NCBI GenBank assembly: GCA_963726455.1
Contig: CAVSCK010000004.1
Location: 736,001-800,000, forward strand
From: an uncultured bacterium
Lineage (GTDB): Bacteria; Zixibacteria; MSB-5A5; CAIYYT01
Length of the DNA stretch: 64,000 nt
Direction of reading: 5' to 3'
Made by a program: the position numbers and the translations under genes
Part shown: positions 43,098 through 54,271 of the stretch, one piece after another
Layout: every line of letters begins with the position of its first letter
How positions within the stretch are numbered: the stretch's first letter is position 1
Notes under the pieces: generated by a model
Told to the model about the DNA's origin: nothing
The model's input: the letters and a program-made list of their open reading frames with translations, nothing else
Database searches by the model: none

Positions 43098-43576
43098 AAG
43101 ATTCAGATTGTAAACGCGAAGAAGAGCTGCTGGCCGCCTTCGTCACCGGCACGTTGACTGAGCCGCAGCAAGAGCATCTGGTTCAATGTGCAACCTGCAG
43201 TAGTGCGATCGAAACCTCCAGGTTGATGTCGGTTCTCGTGAACTCGACCGAAGGTGCCTCCACTGTCAGCACGAGCGCTTCCGTCATATGGGGAGTAGCG
43301 ATGATCGAACGAGAACGGCAGTCCAGAATGCGATTTAGATTGATTCAATTGGCACTTGGAATCGGCGCCATGTTGGCGAGTGTTATAGTCTCTGTGATCA
43401 TTTGGTCTCTGAGAGGAATAGAAGGCGGCCTTGCTGAAAAACCACTGTCCCTTATGTTCGGTGTCGATGGACAGTCGGCTGTCGCACCTTTCGTGGCTCT
43501 GGTCGCACTAAGCGTCGCAGTTGCGCTACTAGTACGTATAGTGAACTTATCGTCGCGCGCTTCGAACTCTGCCTAG
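43094..43576 (+). CDS. Zinc-binding transmembrane anti-sigma factor
   Basis: HLVQCATC (HxxxCxxC) and two TMs; ATGA overlap with the sigma gene. Confidence 0.8.
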   Translation: MKDSDCKREEELLAAFVTGTLTEPQQEHLVQCATCSSAIETSRLMSVLVNSTEGASTVSTSASVIWGVAMIERERQSRMRFRLIQLALGIGAMLASVIVSVIIWSLRGIEGGLAEKPLSLMFGVDGQSAVAPFVALVALSVAVALLVRIVNLSSRASNSA

Positions 43577-43822
43577 CATTATTTCAGCAGAATCATTTTG
43601 CGCGTGAGGGTCTCCTGTCCAGCAACCTATCGCAACAGGTAAACACCGCTCGCTGCTGTATTTCTGTTCGCGTCCGTTCCGCTATCTCCACGAATTTTCG
43701 CGATAGATTTCTGTTGCATCGGTTTTCAATAACTGATATCCTTATTGCATCAAATGCCGATCTCTTGCAATAAGGAAACCCTTAGTGAATATGGCTGAAA
43801 TAACGAAAAATGGCGTAGTCGC

Positions 43823-44974
43823 ATGAATCCCAAGGACTTTAGCACCTCGACTGCCGGAAAGTGCATCAAGACACCCGAAGGATATTGGTCATTCGTGCCG
43901 AACCCTCTGCCGCCTAAACTCAGCTACGATCAGAAGCTGATATCTCTGCTATCCGACGCGGATCGTCGGCTAGGAGAATTGTCGGGTACCGGTCAACTAC
44001 TTCCCAATCCCTATCTTCTCATCTCGCCGTACACACATCGCGAAGCTGTGTCAAGTTCGCGCATCGAAGGAACGCGCGCGTCTCTCAACGATCTCTTCTT
44101 GTACGAGGCGTCTTCATCCGAAAAACCGCGCGTGGACGATGTCAAAGAAGTTCGAAATTACGTGCTCGCGATGGAACACGGACTGGAATTACTCAAGACA
44201 TTGCCGATCTCCATCCGATTGATCAGAGAAATTCATGCCGTGCTCATGCAGGGAGTGCGAGGCAACCAGGCCACGCCGGGTGAATTGCGACGATCACAAA
44301 ACTGGATCGGCCCACGAGGAAGCACACCGGAAACATCGACCATAGTCCCACCACCCGTAGCCGAAATGAAGAACGCTCTCGGTGAGTGGGAAAAATACCT
44401 TCACTCAAAACCCACACAACCACCTTTGATTCAGTGCGCGCTGATGCACTATCAGTTCGAAGCGATCCATCCCTTCTTAGACGGTAACGGCCGCATAGGT
44501 CGCCTGCTCATAACATTCTTCTTGATCGACCGGGGGCACCTCACGCAGCCGCTTCTGTATTTGTCGCGATACTTTGAGGCAAATCGTCAGGAGTATTATG
44601 AACGGCTTTTGTCCGTCAGTCAGAAAGGCGACTGGAGCGGCTGGCTGGAGTACTTCCTGGAGGCAGTCGTCGACCAGGCGGCCGATGCAATTTCCGATTC
44701 GCGAAAGATTCTCAAACTCAGCGCCGAATATCAGAAGCAAATCGAGAAATCCAAAAGCGTGCCGGAGACCACCCGCCGAATTGTAGATGAGGCCTTCGTC
44801 AATCCTTACATCTCCATTTCCTCGCTGGCAAAGAAATGGGATCTGCCGTTCAATTCCGTCAAGAATGGAGTGAACAAACTCATCGAGTTGGGGATACTTG
44901 AGGAAGTCCCCGGACGCGCCCGCAACCGCCTGTTTGCCGCCAAGAAGCTGTTAGAACTTCTCAACAAGGGATGA
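43823..44974 (+). CDS. Fic family protein (N-terminal inhibitory helix, C-terminal wHTH)
   Basis: SSRIEG inhibitory motif and HPFLDGNGRIGR catalytic motif. Confidence 0.93.
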   Translation: MNPKDFSTSTAGKCIKTPEGYWSFVPNPLPPKLSYDQKLISLLSDADRRLGELSGTGQLLPNPYLLISPYTHREAVSSSRIEGTRASLNDLFLYEASSSEKPRVDDVKEVRNYVLAMEHGLELLKTLPISIRLIREIHAVLMQGVRGNQATPGELRRSQNWIGPRGSTPETSTIVPPPVAEMKNALGEWEKYLHSKPTQPPLIQCALMHYQFEAIHPFLDGNGRIGRLLITFFLIDRGHLTQPLLYLSRYFEANRQEYYERLLSVSQKGDWSGWLEYFLEAVVDQAADAISDSRKILKLSAEYQKQIEKSKSVPETTRRIVDEAFVNPYISISSLAKKWDLPFNSVKNGVNKLIELGILEEVPGRARNRLFAAKKLLELLNKG

Positions 44975-44992
44975 TTCCGACCGCAACAAGCA

Positions 44993-47900
44993 TCACTTCA
45001 GCAACACAATCTTCTTGACCGCGCTCTGATTCCGCGACGACACCTTGAAGAAATACACTCCTGAAGCGACCGCCTCTCCCCCATCATTCTTCGCATCCCA
45101 TTCGATTGTATGTCGCCCGGCCGGTTGAAGTTCGGCATCAAACGACCGAATCACTTGACCGAGAATATTCAGAATCTCGATGCCGACCTGCCCCGGCCTG
45201 GGGAGAGAATAGCTGATCATAGTCGAGCTGTTGAATGGATTCGGATAGTTTTGTTCCAGCGTGAAGTTCGATGGAACTTGTTCCTGTTGTGGTTGATCGA
45301 CTACATCCGTGATTACTCGGGGCGAATACGGCGCGTTGTTGTTCAGTCGGCGATTGTATCGCCACATCGGGCATGGCATCTTATCAGCTCTGAACTGACG
45401 GTCGGGAAAATTCAGGAAGACAAGCTCGCCCAGGGCCGTCGTCATCATCAAGTCAATCTTACCATCCTGATTTATATCACCGATCACAGGCGTGTTGGCG
45501 TAGTCATGGGTGATTTGCGTGCCGTGTGCCACGTTGAGCGGCCAACCTGGAAGTATGGCAGCTTCCCGATTCCAGGCAAAAATCCCCTGTCTGTCGGAAG
45601 CTCCCCAGGCATCGGGAATCGCACAACTCACTATCTCTGCGTCATTATCATCATTGACATCACCTAGAATCGCCATGTTGAGCATGCTGGGTTCGGACGC
45701 CGAATTGAAAAATCCATTGGAGGTGCTGTCGCCCAGATACGGCCTACCGTCGTGACGCCAGGCGTAGACGTGACCGTAGTTTAGATCGTAGCAGGTGGAT
45801 ACATATTCGGAGAGAGAATCTCCATCTATGTCGCCGAAGACAGGCATGGTGGGGATGAGAAGGCGACTGATTGGTATTCTTCTGGGCCAACCTGTTTCAA
45901 CTGCGAGCCCGTCACGGAAGGCGTGCAACCAATACGTCATCAGATTCTGCGACCAGCGGTACCGTCCAAAGACGAGCAGCTCGCGTTTGCCGTCGTCGTC
46001 GACGTCCACCGCAGACATGCCTTGCGGCAGGAAACCTGTCGCCAAAGTCAAAGTGACCGACTCGTGTTCGACACCTGCCTGATCATAACACCGGAGAACG
46101 CATTCACCCTCGAGACAGTATATCTCGTCGATTCCATCGCCGTTCAGGTCGGTCGTCAGGCAATTCTGCAGGTAACTTGCGTAGAAGACAATGGGCGTGA
46201 GACTGCCGCCGGCTCTCCAGATGTAAAATCCGCTCGCGGAATTGACGTCAGGATCCGTGCCGGTCTTCAGTTGAATCTCGTCGATGCCGTCGCCGTCGAT
46301 GTCCTTGAGAGAGAGAGCGGCCAGCTTTTCCTCGTCGTTGCGGGCGAAACACGCCGTGTTGGGTGGTTGCGGTATCCAGACCGATTTCAGTCCATTCGCT
46401 GAACTTTGGATATACAAAGCTTGCGGCTCCTGGCTGACCGCCACGAAATCATCAATGTCGTCATAATCGAGTTTGCCCACCGCAATGGGCGTTTGAAAAT
46501 CCAGCGGCGGTAGCGATGGAACTCCAGTCGTCATTGCGGTTCCGTCCGTGCGGAAGAACTTGACCCCGGCGGATGTTCCGACCACAATCTCATTTTGGCC
46601 GTCGCCGTTGAAATCGCCGTAATTCGGAACAATGCTCGCTATGCCTCCAAGGTTGGCGCGCCAGCCGTTGGGAGCAGAAAATGGCGAGCGCACACGAAAG
46701 GCGACGCTGTCGGATACAATTCCACGACGAGTATGCATAGACAGCCGTATGACGTACGACTCTCCATCAGCACTCGCCGCGTTCCAGGAACTAAGCAGCC
46801 CCTTGTACACCGGCGCAGTCACGGTGTCGATCAGTTCCCACTGTGACCCCGCTGCTTCCGCCCTTACGTCCAGCACGGCATACTGGAAATCGATGGCCGA
46901 GGCACTGCCTTGGATCGAGACTGTGGTCGACAACGTTTCGGCCTCCGCGGGCGAGATTATCTCGATACTCTCGCCATTTGCCACATACAGCGTAACCTGC
47001 GACTCATTGACGTCACCAACTTTCAATCTCAGTGTATAGCAGCCGTTCAGTGTGTCAGTGTTCCACTCTGCCAGGGTTGAGTGATTTGCGGGCGTGGATG
47101 CTGAACTGATCGCATACCAAGTCGATGGGTTGGCTCCGTTTCCGAACTCGACAGTGGCCGAACTTATTCCTGATCCCGCAGCCACGCCAAAGATGTTCAC
47201 TAAACCACTCACGATGCTATTCCGTCGCGGAGATTCTATTTGGGCTTGTGTTGCCGGCACGAGCGCCAGCGCTTGCCGCAAATTAATTCTGCCATAGCCA
47301 CTATAGATATCCTGACCAGGGTTATTCCCTCCCGTTCCGTAAGGATCAGTCAAGTCCTTTGCCGATTGTTGAATGATCTGCTGTACCCGATCCACAACGA
47401 GACCGGTAGAAACCGATTTGACATAAGCGGCGACGGCAGCCACGTGCGGACACGCCATGCTGGTACCGGACGCCTCGTAGTAGTAATTCTGGATAATGTG
47501 GACGACCGGCTCATTTGATGGAGGCGCCCCATACATGTCGGTACCGGCGCCACGAAGCGACAGAATCGATTCCCCGGGGGCGACCACATCGACGTGAGTT
47601 CCGTATGTCGAAAAGCTCGTTACGCGATCGCGGCTGTCGGTAGCGCCAACGGCAATAGTAGACGGAAGAACGGACGGATAGAATGCCTCGTTTTGACCGG
47701 AGTTGCCGGTGGCGGCGCAGAGCACAACCCCTTTGGAGCGCGCATAGTTCAGAGCATCTTCCAGTAGTTTGGAGGGATATGGCGAGCCCCAACTCATGTT
47801 GATTACGTCAGCGCCGTTGTCGGTGGCATACACTATCGCTCGGGCGGCTGAGGAAGCAAACATCATGGGATAGAATTTCAAGGGCATGAGCTTTGCGTGC

Positions 47901-48740
47901 GGCGCGATGCCGGCAATGCCAACTCCGTTGTTCGTTGTGGCGGCAATTATCCCCGCAATGTGGCTGCCGTGACCATAGAGATCGGTAGGATCGTTGTCCT
48001 CGTAGACTGGAACCAGCGTTGTATCGTTGGCCGAATAATCCCAACCATGGACGTCGTCAACATAACCATTGTGATCGTCATCCAATCCGTTACCGGGGAT
48101 TTCGCGCGTGTTCGTCCAGAACTGTCCCTGCAAGTCCGGATGAGTGAAATCAATTCCGGTATCAATGATCGCTACGATCACTGTGCTCCTGACCGGCGGA
48201 TTTGTATATACCGCGTCGGCGGCGATGTCACTTCCCGTGGTCCCGGTTGCCAGTGTCATTTGGTCGTTGTTGTCGCCGGGGTTGCGAAGTACGTGCCAGT
48301 AATCTCTGCCCGGTGTTGTGAAGATTCCATTGCTGCAAATACAGTGGATCGTTGGGAGCCGCAAACAACTCCATACGGAAGTCTTGCTCCACGTATTCCA
48401 CATTGCTCAGCGCACGTATTTCGTCCGCCGCCTGCTCGGCATCGCTGGCTACGGGCAGAGTGAGCACAGCCACGCCGCTCATAAACCGGTCGGGCGCTGC
48501 CTCTGGGAATCCCTTGCTCGACTCAACAAATCTGTACTTTCCCGCGAGTCGGTTGAATTCCTCCATTGCCGAGGCCCCTCTGCGAGATAATTTTGACAAA
48601 CCAGCCACAGAGTCGTTCTTGAACTTCACGATTAATCGCGCCGGCGCAGATTGTGCGTCGATCCCGGCCATCGTTTCTTCGTTGAAACTCAGGCAAAGCG
48701 CAGACAAGAAAGCCACTATAAAGAGCCAAGTCGTTGTCAT
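44993..48740 (-). CDS. S8 subtilisin-like peptidase with FG-GAP repeats and FlgD/T9SS-type C-terminal domain (apparent +1 frameshift about 48305)
   Basis: Signal peptide and propeptide (VEYVEQDF..PNDP) in ORF 48228-48824; IIDTGID, GHGSHIAG, SGTSMACPHV; LEQNYPNPFN...ASGVYF...KKIVLLK. Confidence 0.9.
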
Positions 48741-48916
48741 CCGCCGACCTCCTTCCCTGTTCACTTCTGCTCTTCCCGCATTCATTTCTCCAGTTCCCTT
48801 GCGCGCGATAATTCGCGCAGCCAACGCACAGATTGACCGAGTACTGAGTCGTCCTTTTCGCGTCGAGACCGTCTACACTTGCGTTGAATTAACTCCCATC
48901 GACTGAGACGAGTCAG

Positions 48917-50218
48917 CTAAAACTCAATGTCGTCGGCATTTCCCGTTCTGCGCGCTCGCTTGAACTCAACAGTCCATTCACTGTCAAAGAATCGTCCGAA
49001 AACGCTCACGTCGGCGCGGCTGGCAGACGGTATCATAGTGACTATGTTCGACACATAGACAATTACCCGACGCGACCAACCATCGCGGTTGTATGGTATC
49101 ACATCGTAGTACCACAATGGCGAGCTCGTAATACCTTCGCTGCAACAGATAGAGTGGTTGGGGTCCAGACGCCTCATAAATCGAGGAATCGAGTCCGGCA
49201 GAATCCAATTAATCTCGAAAGGACTATTACCAATGTCAGGTGAATACTGTCCGCCGCTGCAATTCCAATCATCCGCAATAGTCACCGGCTGCGTGGTGGC
49301 GGCGCCCCAGCGCCAGATGTCAATGAACTTCTCACCCGCCAGCGGACCAACAGTCATTGCTCCCATTTCATAGGCGGTTTTGGGCAACTCCGAGAGCGCT
49401 TCGGTGCTTTCCGGCGACCAGTAGATTGCCACCTTGTCCTCGCTAGCCGAATCGCTTTTCCAAATCAATACAGTGTCGTATGTTGTGTCATACGTTACAT
49501 CGCAGATGACGGGCGGCAAAGGTGGCGGCGGGAAACAGACGCTGTCCACATGGATGATTCGCCTCACTCGGAGATTCGAAAACAGTGTGTCAATTTCGCG
49601 TCGCCCGTTCGTGAAGCGGACAACGGTATCGGGATGGCTGACATCCAGGTACAGTCTGTTGTCTTCAATGTTGTCCCCTGCTGTCACAATCGCGACCTGT
49701 TGTCCGTCGTCAGCATGGCCGAGTATCGTGACCTCCCGCCAGCTTATGAGGAGATAGAAGTATTGGTCGTCATAAGCGGCGCGGCAAAGCGCCCTGTAGA
49801 TATGCGGATCCCGAACAGTATCTCCATCAATGCCGGTTGGCACCGGACGCAGCCGCAAGAACGTTTCCTGCGGACCCCATTCTTCCTTACCGCCGTCAAT
49901 CCCATCCAATAGCGGGGATCTCTGCAGACGGTTGGCAGTAATGGTGTCGGAGTGTCCGGCCGTACTCGAATCGAAACTAACTATGATCGGTTCAGAAGCC
50001 ACGATAGCTCGCATACATCCATTGACAATTCCCACGGATACGAAGCGCGGCGGGGGCGGTGCGCCCGTCGGATCGGTTCCGGTATCACCGGGCGGCCCCT
50101 TCTCGCCTCGTTTGCCACCGACACCTGTATCCCCATCACAACCGGCGATAAAAGCCACAACGCAAATACAATAGGTACACGCTAGAATTACCCTAAGTTG
50201 ACCCACTACAGCACCCAA
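48917..50218 (-). CDS. Lipoprotein with short collagen-like segment and DOMON/EB_dh-like domain
   Basis: FIAGC lipobox, GKRGEKGPPG; LDG...EW, AAYDDQYFYLLISW, EDKVAI, DIWRW, WTVEFKR..TG..DD. Confidence 0.65.
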   Translation of the reverse strand: MGAVVGQLRVILACTYCICVVAFIAGCDGDTGVGGKRGEKGPPGDTGTDPTGAPPPPRFVSVGIVNGCMRAIVASEPIIVSFDSSTAGHSDTITANRLQRSPLLDGIDGGKEEWGPQETFLRLRPVPTGIDGDTVRDPHIYRALCRAAYDDQYFYLLISWREVTILGHADDGQQVAIVTAGDNIEDNRLYLDVSHPDTVVRFTNGRREIDTLFSNLRVRRIIHVDSVCFPPPPLPPVICDVTYDTTYDTVLIWKSDSASEDKVAIYWSPESTEALSELPKTAYEMGAMTVGPLAGEKFIDIWRWGAATTQPVTIADDWNCSGGQYSPDIGNSPFEINWILPDSIPRFMRRLDPNHSICCSEGITSSPLWYYDVIPYNRDGWSRRVIVYVSNIVTMIPSASRADVSVFGRFFDSEWTVEFKRARRTGNADDIEF

Positions 50219-50256
50219 CTTTAGTTATGAGGTCGCCGAACTAATTTGATCCAGAA

Positions 50257-50272
50257 GGCAAAATACGTGCCA
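50257..50272 (-). promoter_or_regulatory. Sigma54 (-24/-12) promoter
   Basis: TGGCACG-TATT-TTGCC, near-perfect consensus, 39 nt upstream of the lipoprotein ORF. Confidence 0.75.
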
Positions 50273-50405
50273 AAGTGCAAGGTGTGTGCTCTTACATTGC
50301 GTAGGTAACTACTACTACTCCCTTTTATGGCTGGACTAGCTCGGATCTGTAGTAAGCTGCGCAATTCCTGGAATAAGTCAACGGGAATCTAACTGCGCAA
50401 GTTTG

Positions 50406-50606
50406 TCAGCGCTGGCCCAGCAGGCGAGCGGGCAGGAAGAAAATTGCTTTGAGTAGCTGAAATACTGCTTCAATAGTGATGCCGATCAGGCGTAATGGCA
50501 ATGACAGCAACCAGACGATCGGGAAAAGAATCAGAGCCAATAGTGCCAACGGCCACCACAGGATCAGCAGGAAGCACCACAAAAGCAGAACAATCAAGAC
50601 TCTCAT
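50406..50606 (-). CDS. Small hydrophobic membrane protein
   Basis: 66 aa, highly hydrophobic, ends PARLLG; GAGGTG SD. Confidence 0.7.
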   Translation of the reverse strand: MRVLIVLLLWCFLLILWWPLALLALILFPIVWLLSLPLRLIGITIEAVFQLLKAIFFLPARLLGQR

Positions 50607-50631
50607 TTGGTCATCACCTCTTCGCTGGTAC

Positions 50632-50656
50632 TACGTGACCTCCGGTAAAGTGTTTC
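50632..50656 (-). promoter_or_regulatory. Putative ECF (SigW-like) promoter
   Basis: GAAAC-16 nt-CGTA upstream of the small membrane protein. Confidence 0.5.
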
Positions 50657-50763
50657 GGTTTATGTTTCGCCGAAAACAGGAACCGCATTTATTGTTGACG
50701 CTTTTGATGTTCGAGGGCAATTTGGCGTCACTGATCGTGTATAACTAGAAGGAGAGACTGGGT

Positions 50764-51345
50764 GTGACGTTATTGCATATGCGACGCGCTATTCTGATAA
50801 TCTCACTCTTGTTTTCGGCACACGCTTGGGCACAATCGGAGAGGCCAATTGAGTTGTACCTGGCCGCCGGAGGCGCTTTCCCGACGAGTGATTTCAATCT
50901 CCGTTACAACTTCGGAGTTAACGGTTCTGTCGGCTTGGGATTCAGACTGGCTCCGGGATTTCGGGTGGTACCCAAACTGGAAGTTCAGTCGTTCGCCATG
51001 GACGCAAACGCTCCCTATGATTCGGTTGGTGGCGGCGATCATGTCTCGCTGATGTTGGGTGCGGATTTGCGCTATTACAAGGATATCGCCAACTGGCCGG
51101 TAGACCCTCTCATCGTGATCGGCGGTGGGATGGCGTATTCTTCGGAAGCCCAATTTAACCTGGGCGCCGACACTTATCCCACGGTTACTGAAACTAAGAC
51201 CTATTTCAACTTCGGCGTGGGTTTCGATTTCAAGTTGTCGCCACGTGTAAGCTGCTTCGCCACCATGCGCTACGTGCAAATATCATCCGGCTACACTAAG
51301 GCGGAGTTCTTTCCCGTTACGGTTGGGGTACGATACCCCATTTAG
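50764..51345 (+). CDS. Outer-membrane beta-barrel protein (8-stranded type)
   Basis: Signal peptide, alternating strands, FNFGVGFDF, PVTVGVRY. Confidence 0.8.
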   Translation: MTLLHMRRAILIISLLFSAHAWAQSERPIELYLAAGGAFPTSDFNLRYNFGVNGSVGLGFRLAPGFRVVPKLEVQSFAMDANAPYDSVGGGDHVSLMLGADLRYYKDIANWPVDPLIVIGGGMAYSSEAQFNLGADTYPTVTETKTYFNFGVGFDFKLSPRVSCFATMRYVQISSGYTKAEFFPVTVGVRYPI

Positions 51346-51350
51346 TTCCC

Positions 51351-51851
51351 CTACTGCGCCACAGGGCTGTTCTCACTTTGGCTTTGTCCGGCCTCCGGCC
51401 TGACAACCAGAACTCCGGTCATTCCTTTCTTCGCATGACTTCCCTTGTCACAGAAGAACGAATACTCGCCCGGTTTCGTCGGCGTGAACTCAACAACTTT
51501 AGTAGCACCGTGGCCGACATCCTGGCTGATATCAATGCCTGCCTCCGGAGCGTGTAGCGTGAAGTTATGGGGAATCAAGTGAGTGTCACTTTTCAGGACG
51601 AGTCGTACCGGCATGTTGACCATGACATTGATCTTGTTCGGCTTGAAGTAGAAGCTTTCCACTTGAACCGTGACTTCCTGAAGATGCTCAGCCGTAATCT
51701 GGGCGGTGGTTTCACTAATGGGAAGATTCTTGCCGGGCGTGCCGCACGACACCAACAATGCGGCGGTCATCAAGGCCCACACCGACACGCCAAACGCGGC
51801 GAGTGCACCTGACTTTCGTCGTCTGGAATTCACCGGATTACTCCTTTCCAA
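51351..51851 (-). CDS. Cupredoxin-domain lipoprotein
   Basis: LLVSC lipobox; FKPNKI, PHNF, PGEYSFFCDKGSHAKKGM (type-1 Cu ligands H, C, H, M). Confidence 0.85.
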   Translation of the reverse strand: MERSNPVNSRRRKSGALAAFGVSVWALMTAALLVSCGTPGKNLPISETTAQITAEHLQEVTVQVESFYFKPNKINVMVNMPVRLVLKSDTHLIPHNFTLHAPEAGIDISQDVGHGATKVVEFTPTKPGEYSFFCDKGSHAKKGMTGVLVVRPEAGQSQSENSPVAQ

Positions 51852-52199
51852 TCATAACTTGATATCTCATGGCAATGGATTTGACCGTTGCCTGCTCACA
51901 CTAGTCTCCGTGAACAGTTGGCAGAGGATTCACTCGAGTCCGACACAGGCAATACGCAGCACTCTGGCGGGATTAGAAACGAAAATGGCACCTTCGCGAA
52001 TCCATTCGAAAATGCAGGTATCTATTCAGGGCCTGGATCGGCAGCCGCGCTTGATACTGCTGATTAGCGGGCTACCCGCAAACGATCCTTGACAAACGAT
52101 CAAATGTGATCGATAATGTAGTATTCATTAGCTTGAAGTTGTCCCGCGAAGACAGTCATCCTGGGACACAGGTGTGGAGAATTGGAAAGGAGCAGCAAA

Positions 52200-53024
52200 G
52201 TGAATCGCAGAAATCTCATTTGGATAGCCCTGACAGCCATCATGATGACAGCAATCTTCGTCGCATTTGCCGGGTGCAGCGACAAGAGCAACAATACTCC
52301 GCAGACGCCGCCGACACTGCCACCACAATCATCTTTCCTTATGAGCTTCGCAGGATTTGCGACTCCGAGCGCCTCACCGGCGACGGGAGATGATTCCGGC
52401 CACGTCAACTTTGCGCAATCTGCACTTCGCGTCGGTTACTGGAATCTGATATTGACGGTAACGTTGGCGGTCCCGACCGCGGCATTCATCGAGTCATTCA
52501 ATCATGAGCCGGTCAGGCAGGACGATGGGTCATGGGCGTGGTCATACAATGTGACCGTTGGCGTTCAGTACACCTGCAAACTAGTCGGCAGTACCGGCAA
52601 CAATGAGATTCTGTGGAAGATGTACATTACCAAGGCGGGTGCATACTCCGACTATCTGTGGTACAGCGGCAGTCAGAATCTGACCGGCACGCAGGGTACG
52701 TGGACGGTTAATCGCAATCCGGATCAGACCAACCCCTACCTCAGAATTGACTGGCATCACAATTACACCGACAGCACCGGTGACTTGAAGTATACGAATA
52801 TCATTCCCGGCGACGCCGAGAACGGCGCTTATATTTACTATGGCATCCCGGCAAGCGGCGACTACAACCGGTTCTACAACATATATAGCCACAGTCTGGA
52901 TAATCTTGCCGAAATCGAATGGAACAACCCGAGTTTCAACGGCCGCGTGAAGGATCACAACTTCTATCTCGACGATGCCTGGCACTGCTGGGACGAGAGT
53001 CAACACGATATAACGTGTCCGTAA
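52200..53024 (+). CDS. Hypothetical lipoprotein
   Basis: AAGGAG SD, GTG at 52200, FAGC lipobox, Trp-rich beta domain. Confidence 0.75.
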   Translation: MNRRNLIWIALTAIMMTAIFVAFAGCSDKSNNTPQTPPTLPPQSSFLMSFAGFATPSASPATGDDSGHVNFAQSALRVGYWNLILTVTLAVPTAAFIESFNHEPVRQDDGSWAWSYNVTVGVQYTCKLVGSTGNNEILWKMYITKAGAYSDYLWYSGSQNLTGTQGTWTVNRNPDQTNPYLRIDWHHNYTDSTGDLKYTNIIPGDAENGAYIYYGIPASGDYNRFYNIYSHSLDNLAEIEWNNPSFNGRVKDHNFYLDDAWHCWDESQHDITCP

Positions 53025-53046
53025 GTTTGGAGAATTCCGAAGACAG

Positions 53047-53085
53047 AAATGCGGGCTGTCCATCTAATAGGACGGCCCGCATTTT
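53047..53085. terminator. Bidirectional terminator between the lipoprotein and the tRNAs
   Basis: AAATGCGGGCTGTCC/GGACGGCCCGCATTT stem. Confidence 0.7.
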
Positions 53086-53129
53086 CATTATCTATTCGCG
53101 CTATGTATTCAAGACGTATCAAATAAAAG

Positions 53130-53202
53130 AGCCACCCATCGGAGTCGAACCGACGACCTGCTGATTACGAATCAGCTGCTCTACCAACTGAGCTAGGGTG
53201 GC
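53130..53202 (-). tRNA. tRNA-Thr(CGT)
   Basis: GCCACCC acceptor stem, D-arm AGCTCAGTTGGTAGAGC, GCTGA-TTCGTAA-TCAGC, GTTCGAC T-loop; CCA not encoded. Confidence 0.95.
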
Positions 53203-53214
53203 GTGATTTTAAAG

Positions 53215-53287
53215 TGGCGCCCCCCAGAATCGAACTGGGGACACGCAGATTTTCAGTCTGCTGCTCTACCAACTGAGCTAGGGCGCC
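53215..53287 (-). tRNA. tRNA-Phe(GAA)
   Basis: GGCGCCC acceptor stem, GCAGA-CTGAAAA-TCTGC, GTTCGAT T-loop; CCA not encoded. Confidence 0.95.
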
Positions 53288-53303
53288 AGTGTCAAGGTCG
53301 GTT

Positions 53304-53331
53304 AATTTAGGGTTTCGAATTTAGATGTCAA
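53304..53331 (-). promoter_or_regulatory. Sigma70 promoter of the tRNA pair
   Basis: TTGACA-16 nt-TAAATT. Confidence 0.6.
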
Positions 53332-53347
53332 CCATTTTTCCGGCCGG

Positions 53348-54271
53348 TTACATTTCACCGGCCAGGTTCGATTGACGTTGCACTTTTTCAAGTGCTGTAA
53401 ACGCCCACTGGAATAACTTCTTGGCCTCACGGAAACGGCGGCTGTTGGAATGTGCGCCTAACACCACGCCGGTGAGATCATGTCCCTTATCGTCCGCGAC
53501 GCGCACGGCAAAGCAGTATCCAGATTCGCCGATGTAACCGGTCTTTCCGCCCTCGATCTTCCAGGTGCTCGAAAGGAGGCGATTGGTGTTTCCAAGGGTA
53601 TACAGGCGATGGCGTCTTTCAGATATGAAGGTGTATTCTTTGGTGCACAGAACTGATTGAATTGTGGGGTTCGTCGAGGCGATATTAACCAGCCGCGCAA
53701 TATCATAGGCGCTGGCGACATTGTTTTCCGACAGGCCGGTCACTTCATCGACCTTGATACTGTACAATCCCAGACTGTCAACTTTGCGGTTCATCCGCAC
53801 GATAAAACTGTCGGTGGAGACGCCGGTTGAACGTACGATCGCACGAGTAGCGCGGTTATCGGAGGACATCAGGCTGCAATGGAACAGGTCGCCGACACGA
53901 TAAATGTCACCGGCGCGCAACTGCGAGCGAGAGGAATTGTTGGCATCGGAGGTATCCATCTCGATTGTCTTGTCCCAGTCGACCTTGAAATCGAGGAAGG
54001 TCAGTGCCGTGATCAACTTGGTAATACTGGCGATCGAACGGACGTTGTATTCGTCCTTGCCGTACAGTTTTTCGGAAGTGCTGTTGTCCTGCAGGAACGC
54101 GGCTTCACACATCAGTTTCGGAGGTGGAACCGCAAGCGTATGGAATCTCGGAGCCGGCGGGCCGTAAGTTTCCTTCGTCATCGACTGTGTTGCCGGTGTC
54201 GGCCAGAATATGGTGATTGACAAGAATGCTGCGAGCGCAATAAATCCGATACGCCTAGTTCCGTTGAACAT
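53348..54271 (-). CDS. Peptidase S11 D-Ala-D-Ala carboxy/endopeptidase (PbpG-like)
   Basis: IASITKL (SxxK), SSDN (SxN), GKTGY (KTG). Confidence 0.9.
   Translation of the reverse strand: MFNGTRRIGFIALAAFLSITIFWPTPATQSMTKETYGPPAPRFHTLAVPPPKLMCEAAFLQDNSTSEKLYGKDEYNVRSIASITKLITALTFLDFKVDWDKTIEMDTSDANNSSRSQLRAGDIYRVGDLFHCSLMSSDNRATRAIVRSTGVSTDSFIVRMNRKVDSLGLYSIKVDEVTGLSENNVASAYDIARLVNIASTNPTIQSVLCTKEYTFISERRHRLYTLGNTNRLLSSTWKIEGGKTGYIGESGYCFAVRVADDKGHDLTGVVLGAHSNSRRFREAKKLFQWAFTALEKVQRQSNLAGEM

Noticed and set aside
43742-43773. TTATTGCA-N16-TGCAATAA inverted repeat upstream of fic
   Set aside because: Could be an autoregulatory operator, but it is a single short instance with no supporting evidence.
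53130-53287. tRNA-targeted genomic island
   Set aside because: I found no duplicated tRNA 3' end and no integrase downstream.
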